Virus record (IMG/VR): IMGVR_UViG_3300021968_000007
Location: 1 to 28,394 of that record
Direction: 5' to 3' (one strand)
Source: a virus
Taxonomy: Duplodnaviria > Caudoviricetes
Length of the DNA stretch: 28,394 nucleotides
Positions 1 to 5,999 of the stretch are shown here, piece after piece. Made by a program: the position numbers and the translations under genes. The notes beneath the pieces were generated by a model that saw only the letters and a program-made list of their open reading frames with translations, did no database searches and was not told where the DNA came from. Position 1 is the stretch's first letter; each line of letters starts with the position of its first letter.

Positions 1-193
1 CTGGGCCGTCAATACCTTGTGGGCCTTGCAATCCGATTGCGCCTTGTGGGCCAATCGCACCATTTTGCCCAGCTTGACCTTGTAAACCTGGGTTTCCTGG
101 TACGCCTTGTAAACCTTGTGGGCCTTGTGGGCCTTGATTACCCATTGGGCCTGGGCAACATTTGTTGCAGTTACAATCACCGTGATCTTTCAT
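1..193 (-). CDS. Collagen-like (Gly-X-Y repeat) protein, N-terminal part; runs off window start
   Basis: Not in ORF track. Reverse strand reads [64 protein letters not shown], an uninterrupted G-X-Y run; ATG at 193 with GGAG RBS 6 nt upstream. Confidence 0.9.
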   Translation of the reverse strand, partial: MKDHGDCNCNKCCPGPMGNQGPQGPQGLQGVPGNPGLQGQAGQNGAIGPQGAIGLQGPQGIDGP

Positions 194-282
194 TTAGAGC
201 TCCGTAAAACTAATTAATTAATTAAGGATTGCTCGAATATGTTCCTGTTCAATCTAAAAAACAAGAGGTGATATGTAGATTT

Positions 283-376
283 TTGTACACAGCCTGTAAG
301 CCACTAACCATCGCTATTGTGAGCTTTTACTCACAGGGTTATCCACAGAATCTGTGCATAAGATTGATCTATTATT
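283..376. promoter_or_regulatory. Cluster of DnaA-box-like 9-mers with adjacent oriC 13-mer-like motif
   Basis: Perfect TTATCCACA 339-347; inverted TTATGCACA 353-361; degenerate TTGTACACA 283-291 and TTACTCACA 327-335; GATCTATTATT 366-376. Confidence 0.55.
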
Positions 377-414
377 CAGTAGCTTGAGTAAAAGTGAGGG
401 AGTATGATCGCTCC

Positions 415-500
415 ACGGGGAGTTACTAGCTCCCCGTAGAATTAATATCCGTTATAATAATTATAATGCTATTCCCGTCCAGGAAGCATTATAGCGGATA
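415..500 (+). promoter_or_regulatory. Two stem-loops in the leader of the replication gene
   Basis: ACGGGGAG(415-422)/CTCCCCGT(430-437); TATAATGCT(462-470)/AGCATTATA(485-493), with alternative pairing TATCCGTTATAAT(446-458)/ATTATAGCGGATA(488-500). Confidence 0.5.
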
Positions 501-538
501 CAGCGACGGTATCAACTATTTGCTTAAGGATTTTGTGA

Positions 539-1195
539 ATGAGTATAGAAAAACTGGACTTCCAGAAAGTCACGAAAGAAAATCTTCCTTACACATTAAT
601 ACTCACTAAAGTAATTCAAAATATAAAACATAAAGATGCTTTAGCGATATGGGTATATTTATCAAGCTTGCCACCTGATTGGAAAATTAATAAAGAACAT
701 TTAAAGCTTCATTTTCACGTAGGTGATAGAACTTTACAGGCAATTTTTTCCTATCTTAATCGGTCTAATTTAATCACATACAAAAGAGAGCGTTTTGAAG
801 ATGGAACATTAGGAATTGTTATAGTTCATGTTCTATGCGGAGATGAGTTTAAGTTTGATGAACCATACGTTTTAACCACTCCGCAAAAAACACACGTAGT
901 GGTAGATTTAACCACTCCGCAAAAAACCACACGTGTGGCTAACCACACCAGTGGTTCTGAGGCACTACAAAAGAAACAAGATAACAAAAGAAAAAGAACA
1001 GCTTTTACAAATAAAACAAAAAGCTCTTATGAAAATGCCAAAAAGCATGCTTTCGCAGAAAGCATGGATCAAATGGCAACTGAGTCTAAGCACATCAAAG
1101 AACATGAAGCACGAAAAGCTATCGAAAAAGGAAATGACAAAAGAACTGGAATGCCTCAAGAAATAAAATCTTTGTTAGGAATTAAACCCAAATGA
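539..1195 (+). CDS. Phage replication initiator-like protein (N-terminal helix-turn-helix, lambda O-like organisation)
   Basis: ALAIWVYLSSLPPDWKINKEHLKLHFHVGDRTLQAIFSYL resembles the winged-HTH N-terminus of phage initiators; internal DNA iterons followed by an A-rich tract; directly upstream of RusA. Confidence 0.7.
   Translation: MSIEKLDFQKVTKENLPYTLILTKVIQNIKHKDALAIWVYLSSLPPDWKINKEHLKLHFHVGDRTLQAIFSYLNRSNLITYKRERFEDGTLGIVIVHVLCGDEFKFDEPYVLTTPQKTHVVVDLTTPQKTTRVANHTSGSEALQKKQDNKRKRTAFTNKTKSSYENAKKHAFAESMDQMATESKHIKEHEARKAIEKGNDKRTGMPQEIKSLLGIKPK
871..1023 (+). repeat. Iteron-like repeats and A-rich tract inside the initiator gene (putative origin)
   Basis: TTTAACCACTCCGCAAAAAAC at 871 and 907 (36-bp period); palindromic AACCACACGTGTGG (925-938) and AACCACACCAGTGGTT (941-956); A-rich strand about 968-1023. 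Confidence 0.65.
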
Positions 1196-1581
1196 TTGAA
1201 CTCACATTGCCGTATCCGCCCTCAGTTAATCACTACAAAACCATTGGACGCATTCAGCGTACAACAACGGGAAAGCTTTACCAGACCAGGATCAATTCAA
1301 ATGAGACTAAACGGTATTATTTTGAAGTTTGGTTCCTAGTGCAGCATTTAAAAGCCAAGGAAGGCCTCATATCTTTCGATAGCGCGACGATCTCGGTTGA
1401 GGTAGACGTTTACCCCCCTGACGGTCGAAAAAGGGATTTAGACGGTTGTTTGAAGGTTTTGCTAGATTCTATGCAAAGAGCGGGGTTATATAACGACGAT
1501 TATCAAATCGCTAGACTCCTCGTTCAACGCAAGTGTATCATCAAGGGAGGCCAAATTATTGTCAGGATATCAAAGTTATGA
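1192..1581 (+). CDS. rusA: RusA-family Holliday junction resolvase
   Basis: IELTLPYPPSVNHY N-terminus and YPPDGRKRDLDGCLKVLLDSMQRAGLYNDDYQI catalytic motif; ATGA overlap with the upstream gene. Confidence 0.92.
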   Translation: MIELTLPYPPSVNHYKTIGRIQRTTTGKLYQTRINSNETKRYYFEVWFLVQHLKAKEGLISFDSATISVEVDVYPPDGRKRDLDGCLKVLLDSMQRAGLYNDDYQIARLLVQRKCIIKGGQIIVRISKL

Positions 1582-1742
1582 GCCCAGAACAGCAAAGGCA
1601 GAAATCCATCGCGCGTGAAGAAGCGCTTGATCATCTTCAATATGCCAATGTCATGAATTGTAGATCTGGCGTAGCCCACGAAGATCACAAAGATCAAGAT
1701 ATGGCAAAACACAGTCACCTAGTGAGAGGATACGGAAAATGA
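1578..1742 (+). CDS. Hypothetical protein (54 aa)
   Basis: MSPEQQRQKS...; ATG at 1578 forms an ATGA overlap with the rusA stop, and its own stop overlaps the next ATG. Confidence 0.6.
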   Translation: MSPEQQRQKSIAREEALDHLQYANVMNCRSGVAHEDHKDQDMAKHSHLVRGYGK

Positions 1743-2044
1743 AAGATTTACCAAGCAATCACATGGACAATCGAGCATATAATGCAGGCGTTGGTATGCA
1801 TGATAGCGATAATTCAATCCGTAGAGCTGGTGGTGAGTTAGGTAATGATCCACGCAGAGTTAGCGCTAAAATCATCATCGACCGTATTGTGAGTAATCAT
1901 GACATGTCTGGTTACAACCATAATGCAACTGGCGTACAACCTGCTAATGGTGGTCATGAAAACGAAATCAAATTCGCTAATATGCAGAACAAGAAAGCGC
2001 ACAACATGGGAACTCCAAACCCAGATGGTACTTACAAATATTAA
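1739..2044 (+). CDS. Hypothetical protein (Asn/His/Gly-rich, probably disordered)
   Basis: 101-aa ORF with GAGGA RBS and ATGA coupling. Confidence 0.7.
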   Translation: MKDLPSNHMDNRAYNAGVGMHDSDNSIRRAGGELGNDPRRVSAKIIIDRIVSNHDMSGYNHNATGVQPANGGHENEIKFANMQNKKAHNMGTPNPDGTYKY

Positions 2045-2055
2045 TTTTGAATGCC

Positions 2056-2283
2056 CTACTCAGTAGGGCTTTTAAATTCTTCCATCACGACTGATGGTTT
2101 TATTTGATCGCAAGGTTTTTTAATTATCCATTCATGGTCTCTATCGCTTATGAAGCATGAAGTTAACGCATGGCCACCTATTGGATTTTCAATTCGAGTA
2201 TAAACAATCCATCCACCTATTACAGCCACTCGCCAGCTATAGTTATCTAAATATTCTTCTTCCCACGCAATCTTAGTTCTCAT
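2056..2283 (-). CDS. Hypothetical phage protein with WE...R.xV.GGW motif
   Basis: ORF track; last gene of leftward operon; motif shared with 2715..3200. Confidence 0.7.
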   Translation of the reverse strand: MRTKIAWEEEYLDNYSWRVAVIGGWIVYTRIENPIGGHALTSCFISDRDHEWIIKKPCDQIKPSVVMEEFKSPTE

Positions 2284-2510
2284 TACAACAAAACCTTAAT
2301 CAAATTAATAATACTTGGGTGCGTTCCCTCTAGATCCTGTTTAAGCTTCAATACAAGCTTCGTGGCGAACTTTAGGTCTGCCAGGAGCACTTCTGGGCTC
2401 GGATCTTGGTACGTCTCTCTAATGTGATCTATGGCCTCTATAATAGGGCTATTCGCTATCTCATCTTTAATGTCGGACATATAATATATTCCCAAGGTTA
2501 GTTCTTCCAT
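2283..2510 (-). CDS. Hypothetical protein (alternative start ATG at 2480)
   Basis: ORF track; TAATG overlap with the downstream gene. Confidence 0.65.
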   Translation of the reverse strand: MEELTLGIYYMSDIKDEIANSPIIEAIDHIRETYQDPSPEVLLADLKFATKLVLKLKQDLEGTHPSIINLIKVLL

Positions 2511-2511
2511 T

Positions 2512-2712
2512 TCAGTTTAATTCTTCTTTATACCGCGCCTCAACCATCCTTCTAGCTTCCCAAATATCGGCGGCATAAAAAGGATCGAAAATACCAGTCA
2601 CAAACGGTAAACGTTCATAATTAGCAATCTGGCGGTCATTCACGTACTTCTTCACTTCGATCTGACCTTCGTTGTCTAAATACCCCCAAAATAGTGAACC
2701 TTTAGTTTTCAT
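2512..2712 (-). CDS. Hypothetical phage protein
   Basis: 66-aa ORF tightly packed in the operon (FWGYLD...GQIEVKKY...PFVTGIFDPFYA). Confidence 0.7.
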   Translation of the reverse strand: MKTKGSLFWGYLDNEGQIEVKKYVNDRQIANYERLPFVTGIFDPFYAADIWEARRMVEARYKEELN

Positions 2713-2714
2713 AT

Positions 2715-3200
2715 TTAATTGTCATCGAGTGAGTTTGAAAGGATGTCTTTTTTCTTAATATCACAAATCGAGCAATGAGTTACCAAGCCATGAATACAAG
2801 AAGGCAATTGCTGAGGTGGAAAAGTTGGTATACACATTGCTTCTAATGCTTCCTTCACTTCTTTAGCTATTTCAGCTTCATTGGCTTTTTTAATGTGTTC
2901 ACCAAAAGCAATGTCTCTTTCTGCAAGATCTGTAGTTGTGAATTGCCTAGAATCAGATGAATCCATAAAATAAGCTTTATCTGGCATTTCTTTTTTTGCT
3001 GCTTGATAGCCTTGATTATAAGCATCTTTAATGTGGTGTGCGAAGACTTCTAATGAATTATCAGGTACGAAAACAATATGTGTATTTCTTCTCGGATGTA
3101 TATCTACATAATATAACCATCCGCCAGATACTTTTAATCGTTCAGTAGTCGCAGACGGAGTTTCATTTACTTTTTCCCATTGTTCGGTATTTTCACTCAT
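2715..3200 (-). CDS. Hypothetical protein; N-terminal GGW-motif domain, C-terminal CxH-x5-CxxC motif
   Basis: WEKVNETPSATTERLKVSGGWLYY...IVFVPD and SCIHGLVTHCSICD. Confidence 0.7.
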   Translation of the reverse strand: MSENTEQWEKVNETPSATTERLKVSGGWLYYVDIHPRRNTHIVFVPDNSLEVFAHHIKDAYNQGYQAAKKEMPDKAYFMDSSDSRQFTTTDLAERDIAFGEHIKKANEAEIAKEVKEALEAMCIPTFPPQQLPSCIHGLVTHCSICDIKKKDILSNSLDDN

Positions 3201-3453
3201 GAGTTTCTATAATCCTTATTGCTTCTGAGATAATTCGTCTACGCTTCTTTTGAATGATTAATGGTTTATGAGAAATTCCTTTTTTTTTAGCTTCAGCTTT
3301 ATCTCTTTCTCTTAATTCGGATCTCAAAACTTTAACATCTTTTGGAGCGATAATGCCTATTTTCACTTGATCCCCGCTAATCCTACCTACTACTATTTCG
3401 ATAGTATCACCTATACGAATCCGTTTTTGAGGTGTCCGTGTCAACCACAACAT
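3193..3453 (-). CDS. csrA: CsrA/RsmA-family carbon storage regulator (RNA-binding translational regulator)
   Basis: MLWLTR...IRIGDTIEIVVGRISGDQVKIGIIAPKDVKVLRSEL aligns with the CsrA signature (MLILTR..GE.I.IGD...V....G.QV.IGI.APK.V.V.REE). Confidence 0.92.
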   Translation of the reverse strand: MLWLTRTPQKRIRIGDTIEIVVGRISGDQVKIGIIAPKDVKVLRSELRERDKAEAKKKGISHKPLIIQKKRRRIISEAIRIIETHE

Positions 3454-3465
3454 CCTTTCCCTTCC

Positions 3466-3588
3466 TTATTTCGCATGCATCCAAAAATTAATGATTAAAA
3501 GTAATATAAATCCCACAACACTAACAACAATACCTAACGCCAATACCCAGCTTAATAATTCTAGCAAGATATGATTTATTTTTCTCAT
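3466..3588 (-). CDS. Small single-pass membrane protein (40 aa)
   Basis: Below ORF-track cutoff: MRKINHILLELLSWVLALGIVVSVVGFILLLIINFWMHAK; ATGA overlap with the upstream gene. Confidence 0.6.
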   Translation of the reverse strand: MRKINHILLELLSWVLALGIVVSVVGFILLLIINFWMHAK

Positions 3589-3737
3589 TTACATAAGTCT
3601 TTATACATGCTTTCAATTTCCTTTAATCGTTGGTAACAGTCATCATGCAACAATGCAGGATCTTTTCCACCAACATAAAAAATCTCTATTCCTACAGCCG
3701 TAGACTTCTTGCACTCAGGACATAGATTCCCCAGCAT
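3585..3737 (-). CDS. Putative zinc-binding microprotein (CxxC...HxxC, 50 aa)
   Basis: MLGNLCPECKKSTAVGIEIFYVGGKDPALLHDDCYQRLKEIESMYKDLCK; AAGGA RBS. Confidence 0.65.
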   Translation of the reverse strand: MLGNLCPECKKSTAVGIEIFYVGGKDPALLHDDCYQRLKEIESMYKDLCK

Positions 3738-3864
3738 TTTCCTTTAACCTCTCATAGCAACTAGAATGTAAAATCGTTGGCAATTCTATACCTAATGTAA
3801 ACCAAATCTTACTTATTCCCCATATCTCTTTGTTACATTCTTTGCATAATGGTTTTTCAATCAT
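3715..3864 (-). CDS. Putative zinc-binding microprotein (CxxC...HxxC, 49 aa), paralogue of 3585..3737
   Basis: MIEKPLCKECNKEIWGISKIWFTLGIELPTILHSSCYERLKENAGESMS; ATGA overlap with the upstream gene. Confidence 0.6.
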   Translation of the reverse strand: MIEKPLCKECNKEIWGISKIWFTLGIELPTILHSSCYERLKENAGESMS

Positions 3865-4043
3865 TTAAAAATGATCCTTTCTTTTTTACAATGCCTACAC
3901 ACCCACATATATGTTTTATAAGGAGGTAATTTTATATTATTTAATTTTGGAAATCTTGAAATAATAGCGGGTTGCACTGTAACAGCAACTAATTCCTCTT
4001 CATGATATCTTAACTTACATAGGATTTTACGAAACAATTTCAT
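3861..4043 (-). CDS. DUF1660-like prophage protein
   Basis: ILCKLRYH...WVCRHCKKE pattern (LCxxxxH...CxxC). Confidence 0.6.
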   Translation of the reverse strand: MKLFRKILCKLRYHEEELVAVTVQPAIISRFPKLNNIKLPPYKTYMWVCRHCKKERIIFK

Positions 4044-4459
4044 TTAAGCGTAACTTTAATAGAATATGGACTTATGATTTTTTTAGGTTCATAACCTATT
4101 ACCTCAGTTTCGACTATAAATCCGTATGAATTTGCAAAATCAAACCTAGGTTCGGAATAGGTATTAAAGTTATTATGCCAAACTGTATTAGGACGCACAT
4201 TAATTGTACCGGTTTTGTGATCGCAATCTGTACGGTTACCTAGCCGCGTAACGCACATTAAATAACTATACTTATAAGCATGTGGTTTATTTGTATTGTT
4301 TTTAATTTGTATACGATGATAGCCCTTGATAGGACATCTATGGTTAACATAACACCCTGATGTAACATTATTACTTGTTGCAGATAAAATAATATTATCG
4401 GCATAAACATTCATCGCTACAAATAATGATAAGCTAACTATAGTTTTTTTTATTAACAT
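4040..4459 (-). CDS. Putative exported protein with signal peptide
   Basis: MLIKKTIVSLSLFVAMNVYA-D signal-peptide pattern; four Cys in the mature region; beta-rich. Confidence 0.7.
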   Translation of the reverse strand: MLIKKTIVSLSLFVAMNVYADNIILSATSNNVTSGCYVNHRCPIKGYHRIQIKNNTNKPHAYKYSYLMCVTRLGNRTDCDHKTGTINVRPNTVWHNNFNTYSEPRFDFANSYGFIVETEVIGYEPKKIISPYSIKVTLK

Positions 4460-4460
4460 T

Positions 4461-4616
4461 TTATTTCCTTTCCATCTCTTTAATTAAATCTTGTGCATCA
4501 CATGCAAGACATTCATCTTTACATAAACAACAACTTTCTTTAGCTACTCGTTCAACAATAGAAAATAATTTAGGAAGTAATTCCATGAATTTATCGAATG
4601 GCATGCTTACATTCAT
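4461..4616 (-). CDS. Cys-rich microprotein (51 aa)
   Basis: MNVSMPFDKFMELLPKLFSIVERVAKESCCLCKDECLACDAQDLIKEMERK; ATGA coupling. Confidence 0.6.
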   Translation of the reverse strand: MNVSMPFDKFMELLPKLFSIVERVAKESCCLCKDECLACDAQDLIKEMERK

Positions 4617-4763
4617 TTAGCAGTCAACTCTTTATTGTCAATTATCTTTGATTCTTCTATCCATATATGTTCATAAATACAGGATGTTCCATTGCATCGT
4701 TCTGCTTCTTTTGGTCTTATGCAATACATTGTGTGAGTCGTTTCTTTCATTTAGCAGTCAACT
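4612..4763. repeat. 18-bp direct repeat at consecutive gene junctions
   Basis: TTCATTTAGCAGTCAACT at 4612-4629 and 4746-4763. Confidence 0.85.
4613..4750 (-). CDS. Hypothetical microprotein (45 aa)
   Basis: MKETTHTMYCIRPKEAERCNGTSCIYEHIWIEESKIIDNKELTAK; ATGA coupling at both ends. Confidence 0.55.
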   Translation of the reverse strand: MKETTHTMYCIRPKEAERCNGTSCIYEHIWIEESKIIDNKELTAK

Positions 4764-4911
4764 TTCTAAGGGCTAGCCTGAGGTCGTCTATATTACAAAT
4801 ATTAGATGTTCTTGCATCTCTATATTCTGTATTCTTGATTATAATTTTAATTTCTTTATTATTGTAAGATTCAATTGAAACCGTATCATTCAGCTCTATT
4901 ATCACTTTCAT
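4747..4911 (-). CDS. Hypothetical microprotein (54 aa)
   Basis: MKVIIELNDTVSIESYNNKEIKIIIKNTEYRDARTSNICNIDDLRLALRKLTAK; AAGGA RBS. Confidence 0.6.
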   Translation of the reverse strand: MKVIIELNDTVSIESYNNKEIKIIIKNTEYRDARTSNICNIDDLRLALRKLTAK

Positions 4912-4920
4912 TGGTTTCCT

Positions 4921-5142
4921 TTATAATTTCCAGTATCCATTTTCATCTTTACATCCGCACTTCTTTAAATCATCTTTTAATGTAGTTAAATCAAATCCTG
5001 AAAGTCTTTTCATATGTCTCTCGAGTACAGCTCGAAATGAATAGATGACGGATTTTTGTCTATCAATTGTATCAACCATAGAACTTAGTGTTTCTCCAAA
5101 TATTTTCATATCTTCTAAATCTATTTCTTGGTTACTCATCAT
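4921..5142 (-). CDS. Hypothetical protein
   Basis: ORF track; GGAAGG RBS; co-oriented with the operon. Confidence 0.65.
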   Translation of the reverse strand: MMSNQEIDLEDMKIFGETLSSMVDTIDRQKSVIYSFRAVLERHMKRLSGFDLTTLKDDLKKCGCKDENGYWKL

Positions 5143-5177
5143 TTACCTTCCGACTATTTTATCGCTACTCGCTAATT

Positions 5178-5261
5178 TGGTGGCAATAGACTGGCTTATC
5201 CAATCGGCTTCGAGTCGACTCTCGTTAACTCCTCACACGCGTATAGTGAGACGCTATTGCC
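5178..5261 (-). ncRNA. tRNA-like cloverleaf RNA with encoded 3' CCA (non-canonical, no standard anticodon or T loop)
   Basis: GGCAATA GCGT CTCAC TATACGCGT GTGAG GAGTTAAC GAGA GTCGACTC GAAGCC GATTGG ATAAG CCAGTC TATTGCC A CCA: 7-bp acceptor stem, three arms, discriminator and CCA; fills the only large gap in the operon. Confidence 0.6.
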
Positions 5262-5267
5262 CCACAC

Positions 5268-5483
5268 TTATTTCTCTACAAATTTAAACTCTAAAGCTTC
5301 TTTCATATTTCTAATTTGCTCAATCACAAATTCCCGTGCATGATTCTCGAATGGTTCCCATATGTCAACATCAGGACTATTATTCTCAATCATCATTAAT
5401 ACTTCTTCATAGCTAGTATCTTCTGGCCATGCAGTCAAAAAGCTCGCTAACGCAAAGTTTTCATAAACAGTTACTAATTTCAT
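5268..5483 (-). CDS. Hypothetical acidic protein
   Basis: ORF track; GGGGAG RBS; ATGA coupling. Confidence 0.7.
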   Translation of the reverse strand: MKLVTVYENFALASFLTAWPEDTSYEEVLMMIENNSPDVDIWEPFENHAREFVIEQIRNMKEALEFKFVEK

Positions 5484-5680
5484 CCTTGCATCTCCCCTGC
5501 CACGGCTCTCGATAGCTCATCCCACTGCGCCTCACTAAACACATAGTCAACCTCAAGTATCTCTCGGAAATTCTCACGATGACGTAACGCATACAAAGCT
5601 TCATCATTAAACACCAACAACTTAAGCTCACCTTCCGTATAACGCCTTATATCTATCAACCCTACATTTAATGAGATCAT
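5480..5680 (-). CDS. Hypothetical phage protein
   Basis: ORF track; GGAG RBS; ELKLLVFNDEALY motif. Confidence 0.7.
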   Translation of the reverse strand: MISLNVGLIDIRRYTEGELKLLVFNDEALYALRHRENFREILEVDYVFSEAQWDELSRAVAGEMQG

Positions 5681-5862
5681 GCGCGCTCTCCTGCAAATGC
5701 CAATGTGCTGCGCGAATGCTCATATAAATACTGCGCCTCACTCAACGTCGCAGCTCGATACAGCCTATGCAAAAATCCTATCCGAGCCTTGAATGCTTTC
5801 CACTCTCCTTTACTCTTAATTAATTCTTCTAACTCAACTTGTCTCTCTAACGTTATCCGCAT
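5677..5862 (-). CDS. Hypothetical protein, first gene of the leftward operon
   Basis: ORF track; CAGGAGA RBS at 5871-5877. Confidence 0.7.
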   Translation of the reverse strand: MRITLERQVELEELIKSKGEWKAFKARIGFLHRLYRAATLSEAQYLYEHSRSTLAFAGERA

Positions 5863-5891
5863 ACTCTCGATCTCCTGTTAATTCAGGCACA

Positions 5892-5920
5892 ACTATAACC
5901 GCACACAATACTATTGTCAA
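5892..5920 (-). promoter_or_regulatory. Strong sigma70-type promoter of the leftward (early) operon
   Basis: Minus strand TTGACA (5920-5915), 17-nt spacer, TATAGT (5897-5892). Confidence 0.85.
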
Positions 5921-5999
5921 TACCGCAGCCAATAATAATTAACACCACACACGATACTAGGTATTAACCGCTCCCATATTCTTTTTGGATAACCGCTCC
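5896..5999. repeat. Operator-like direct repeats (T)AACCGC
   Basis: TAACCGC 5896, TACCGC 5921, TAACCGCTCC 5965 and 5990. Confidence 0.5.

Noticed and set aside
19-207. 62-aa plus-strand ORF
   Set aside because: Antisense shadow of the collagen G-X-Y repeat gene
318-335. CRP site TGTGA...TCACA
   Set aside because: Spacer is 8 nt rather than 6, and the right half overlaps a DnaA-like box
871-956. CRISPR-like array (36-bp periodicity)
   Set aside because: Only two units, inside a coding frame, spacers too short, no cas genes; better explained as iterons
933-1718. ORFs 933..1166, 965..1159 and 1524..1718
   Set aside because: Alternative-frame or antisense overlaps of better supported genes
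3235-3260. KKRRR in the CsrA tail as a eukaryotic nuclear localisation signal
   Set aside because: Short basic patches are common in nucleic-acid-binding phage proteins; no export evidence
5178-5261. Canonical or selenocysteine tRNA
   Set aside because: No TTC T-loop, no D-loop GG, no 7-nt anticodon loop; kept only as a tRNA-like RNA
4667-5287. Plus-strand ORFs 4667..4867 and 5045..5287
   Set aside because: Antisense to coupled minus-strand microgenes and the tRNA-like element
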